A stretch of DNA of 64,000 nucleotides, taken from the NCBI GenBank assembly GCA_964016885.1, contig OZ024743.1, forward strand, positions 32,984,001-33,048,000, written 5' to 3'. The notes below the pieces were generated by a model. The model was given only the letters and a program-made list of their open reading frames with translations, was not told where the DNA came from and made no database searches. Below are positions 62,610 to 64,000 of the stretch, piece by piece. The first letter of the stretch is position 1. The number at the start of each line of letters is the position of its first letter. Both the position numbers and the translations under genes were made by a program. Origin of the DNA: Eledone cirrhosa (taxonomy: Eukaryota).

Positions 62610-64000
62610 ATTATTATTATTATTATTATTATTGTTATTGTTATTCCTTGAATCTCAGTCATTGATGTTGGTTAACTGGAAAGTCCGTTGGATTGAATAT
62701 CAAGCCACTACCTGCAGCCTCAGATATTCAGGACGTATCGGAGGGTTCTTGCCGTTCCAAGCAAGCATGCCTTTTGAAGCGTTCCAAAAAGCGTGAAGGG
62801 GCCGATTTTCTTTAACCATCCCTGGAAACCTTTGGAGATAGTCCCCAGTGCGCCTATGACAATCGGGATCACTTTGACTTCATGGCAGTTCCAAATCCTT
62901 TTCACCTCCCACTTTAGGTCCTGGTATCGGTTAATTTTCTCCCTCTCCTTCTCTTGCACTCTCGTGTCGAACGGGCAGGCCACATCCACAATCAGGCACG
63001 ATCTTTTTTCTTTGTCCACAACCACCAGGTCAGGTCTATTGTGTTCCAGTTTTTTGTCCGTCTGTATCCTAAAATCCCACAGCACCTTCACCTGATTGTT
63101 CTCCATCACCGCCTCTGGCCTATGCTCATACCATTTCTCAGAATGTGGTAGATTGTTTACTTTGCACAGGTGCCAGTGGATCACCCTGCCCATCACATCG
63201 TGTCTCCAGCCCTTATAGTGGGTCTGGGCTAGGTGTTTACACTCGGACACAATGTGAGCCACAGTCTCCTCTCTCTCTCCACAGATCCTGCACAGTGGGC
63301 TAGCCTCCTCCTTGTAGATATGGTGCTTCAACCACTTCGTTTTGAGGGCCTGCTCCTGCGCAGCCATTAGCATTCCTTCTGTAGCCTTTTTGAGGTCTCC
63401 TCTTCTCAACCAGTTCCATGTCTGTGGATCTCTAAATTCAGTTTTCTCAAAGAAGGTACTATGAAGGGATTTTCCCTTAAGGCTGCTCTTCCTCCTTGAT
63501 GTTATTTCCTCCTTGGGTATCCCCTGGCCTACTGTCCCCTCCTTCAGTACAGCTCTGAGCATTGGCTCCTTACTATAGGTCACGTATTTGTATAGGTTGT
63601 TTTTCTCCATCTGAACACAGTCCTCTATGCTGATAAGACCTCTTCCACCCTCAGATCTCCTTAGGTAGAGTCTATCGACATCACTCCTCTTGTGGAACAT
63701 GTTGTAGATAGTCAATAGCTTCCTAGTCTTCCTATCCATTTCTTTTTGTTCAGCAACATTCCATCTCAGAATTCCCGCACTGTACCTAATAATAGACACA
63801 GCTCGGGAATTTACTGCGCTTATGGCATTTCTGCTGTTCAGATGTGACTTCAATACGCTCCTTACTCTCCGAATGTATTCAGTTCTTAACAATTCCTTCA
63901 TTTTTTTGTTCTTTATGCCATCAGCCTCCAGAACGCCCAAATACTTGTATCCTTCCTCAGAGTCAATTTCCTTTATCATCTCACCTGTTGGTATCTGGAT
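62610..64000 (-). mobile_element. R4/Dong-type non-LTR retrotransposon (restriction-like endonuclease class), 3' part; runs off the window
   Basis: Uninterrupted ORF, about 75 nt 3' UTR, then a (TAA)n array at 62610-62645. Dong elements are known to target TAA repeats. Confidence 0.88.
62720..64000 (-). CDS. C-terminal part of R4/Dong ORF: RT thumb, CCHC zinc knuckle, RLE nuclease
   Basis: YKYLG, DVDRLYL.R.EGGRGL, AAQEQAL, CRICGEREETVAHIVSEC, RHD, RPDLVVVD...IVDVACP...EKINRY, PIVIGALG. The frame is open to the window edge (IQIPTGEMIKE...). Confidence 0.92.
   Translation of the reverse strand: MQIPTGEMIKEIDSEEGYKYLGVLEADGIKNKKMKELLRTEYIRRVRSVLKSHLNSRNAISAVNSRAVSIIRYSAGILRWNVAEQKEMDRKTRKLLTIYNMFHKRSDVDRLYLRRSEGGRGLISIEDCVQMEKNNLYKYVTYSKEPMLRAVLKEGTVGQGIPKEEITSRRKSSLKGKSLHSTFFEKTEFRDPQTWNWLRRGDLKKATEGMLMAAQEQALKTKWLKHHIYKEEASPLCRICGEREETVAHIVSECKHLAQTHYKGWRHDVMGRVIHWHLCKVNNLPHSEKWYEHRPEAVMENNQVKVLWDFRIQTDKKLEHNRPDLVVVDKEKRSCLIVDVACPFDTRVQEKEREKINRYQDLKWEVKRIWNCHEVKVIPIVIGALGTISKGFQGWLKKIGPFTLFGTLQKACLLGTARTLRYVLNI

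Overview
AT-rich, repeat-dense animal genomic DNA. The SINE/LINE complement and microsatellite style point to an octopod cephalopod (inference). The window is almost entirely intronic sequence of one + strand host gene. Two GT-AG exons (12571-12752, 21880-22001) splice in frame to encode a WH1/EVH1 domain closely resembling the N-terminus of Drosophila Still life (SIF type 1, Tiam-family Rac GEF). The rest is transposable elements. There is a near-full-length RTE-clade LINE (31027-34450; AP endonuclease + RT with an inserted C4HC3 PHD-type finger; one premature stop), plus two young antisense copies and many relics. Also present are a CR1-like LINE (56570-58640), the 3' part of an R4/Dong-type RLE LINE (62610-64000), about 20 copies of a tRNA-headed SINE with long ATT-initiated TSDs, a second SINE group with a shared head but swapped tails (one tail taken from the RTE 3' UTR), and two TTAA-flanked piggyBac-like MITE families. 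The most notable observations are the PHD finger inside the RT, the visible SINE-LINE partnership, several fold-back palindromes, inverted TE pairs bracketing the two exons, and nested insertions that give a relative chronology. No prokaryotic-type system, CRISPR, rRNA or true tRNA gene was found. Most short ORFs in the track are spurious. All identifications are by eye, without database searches.
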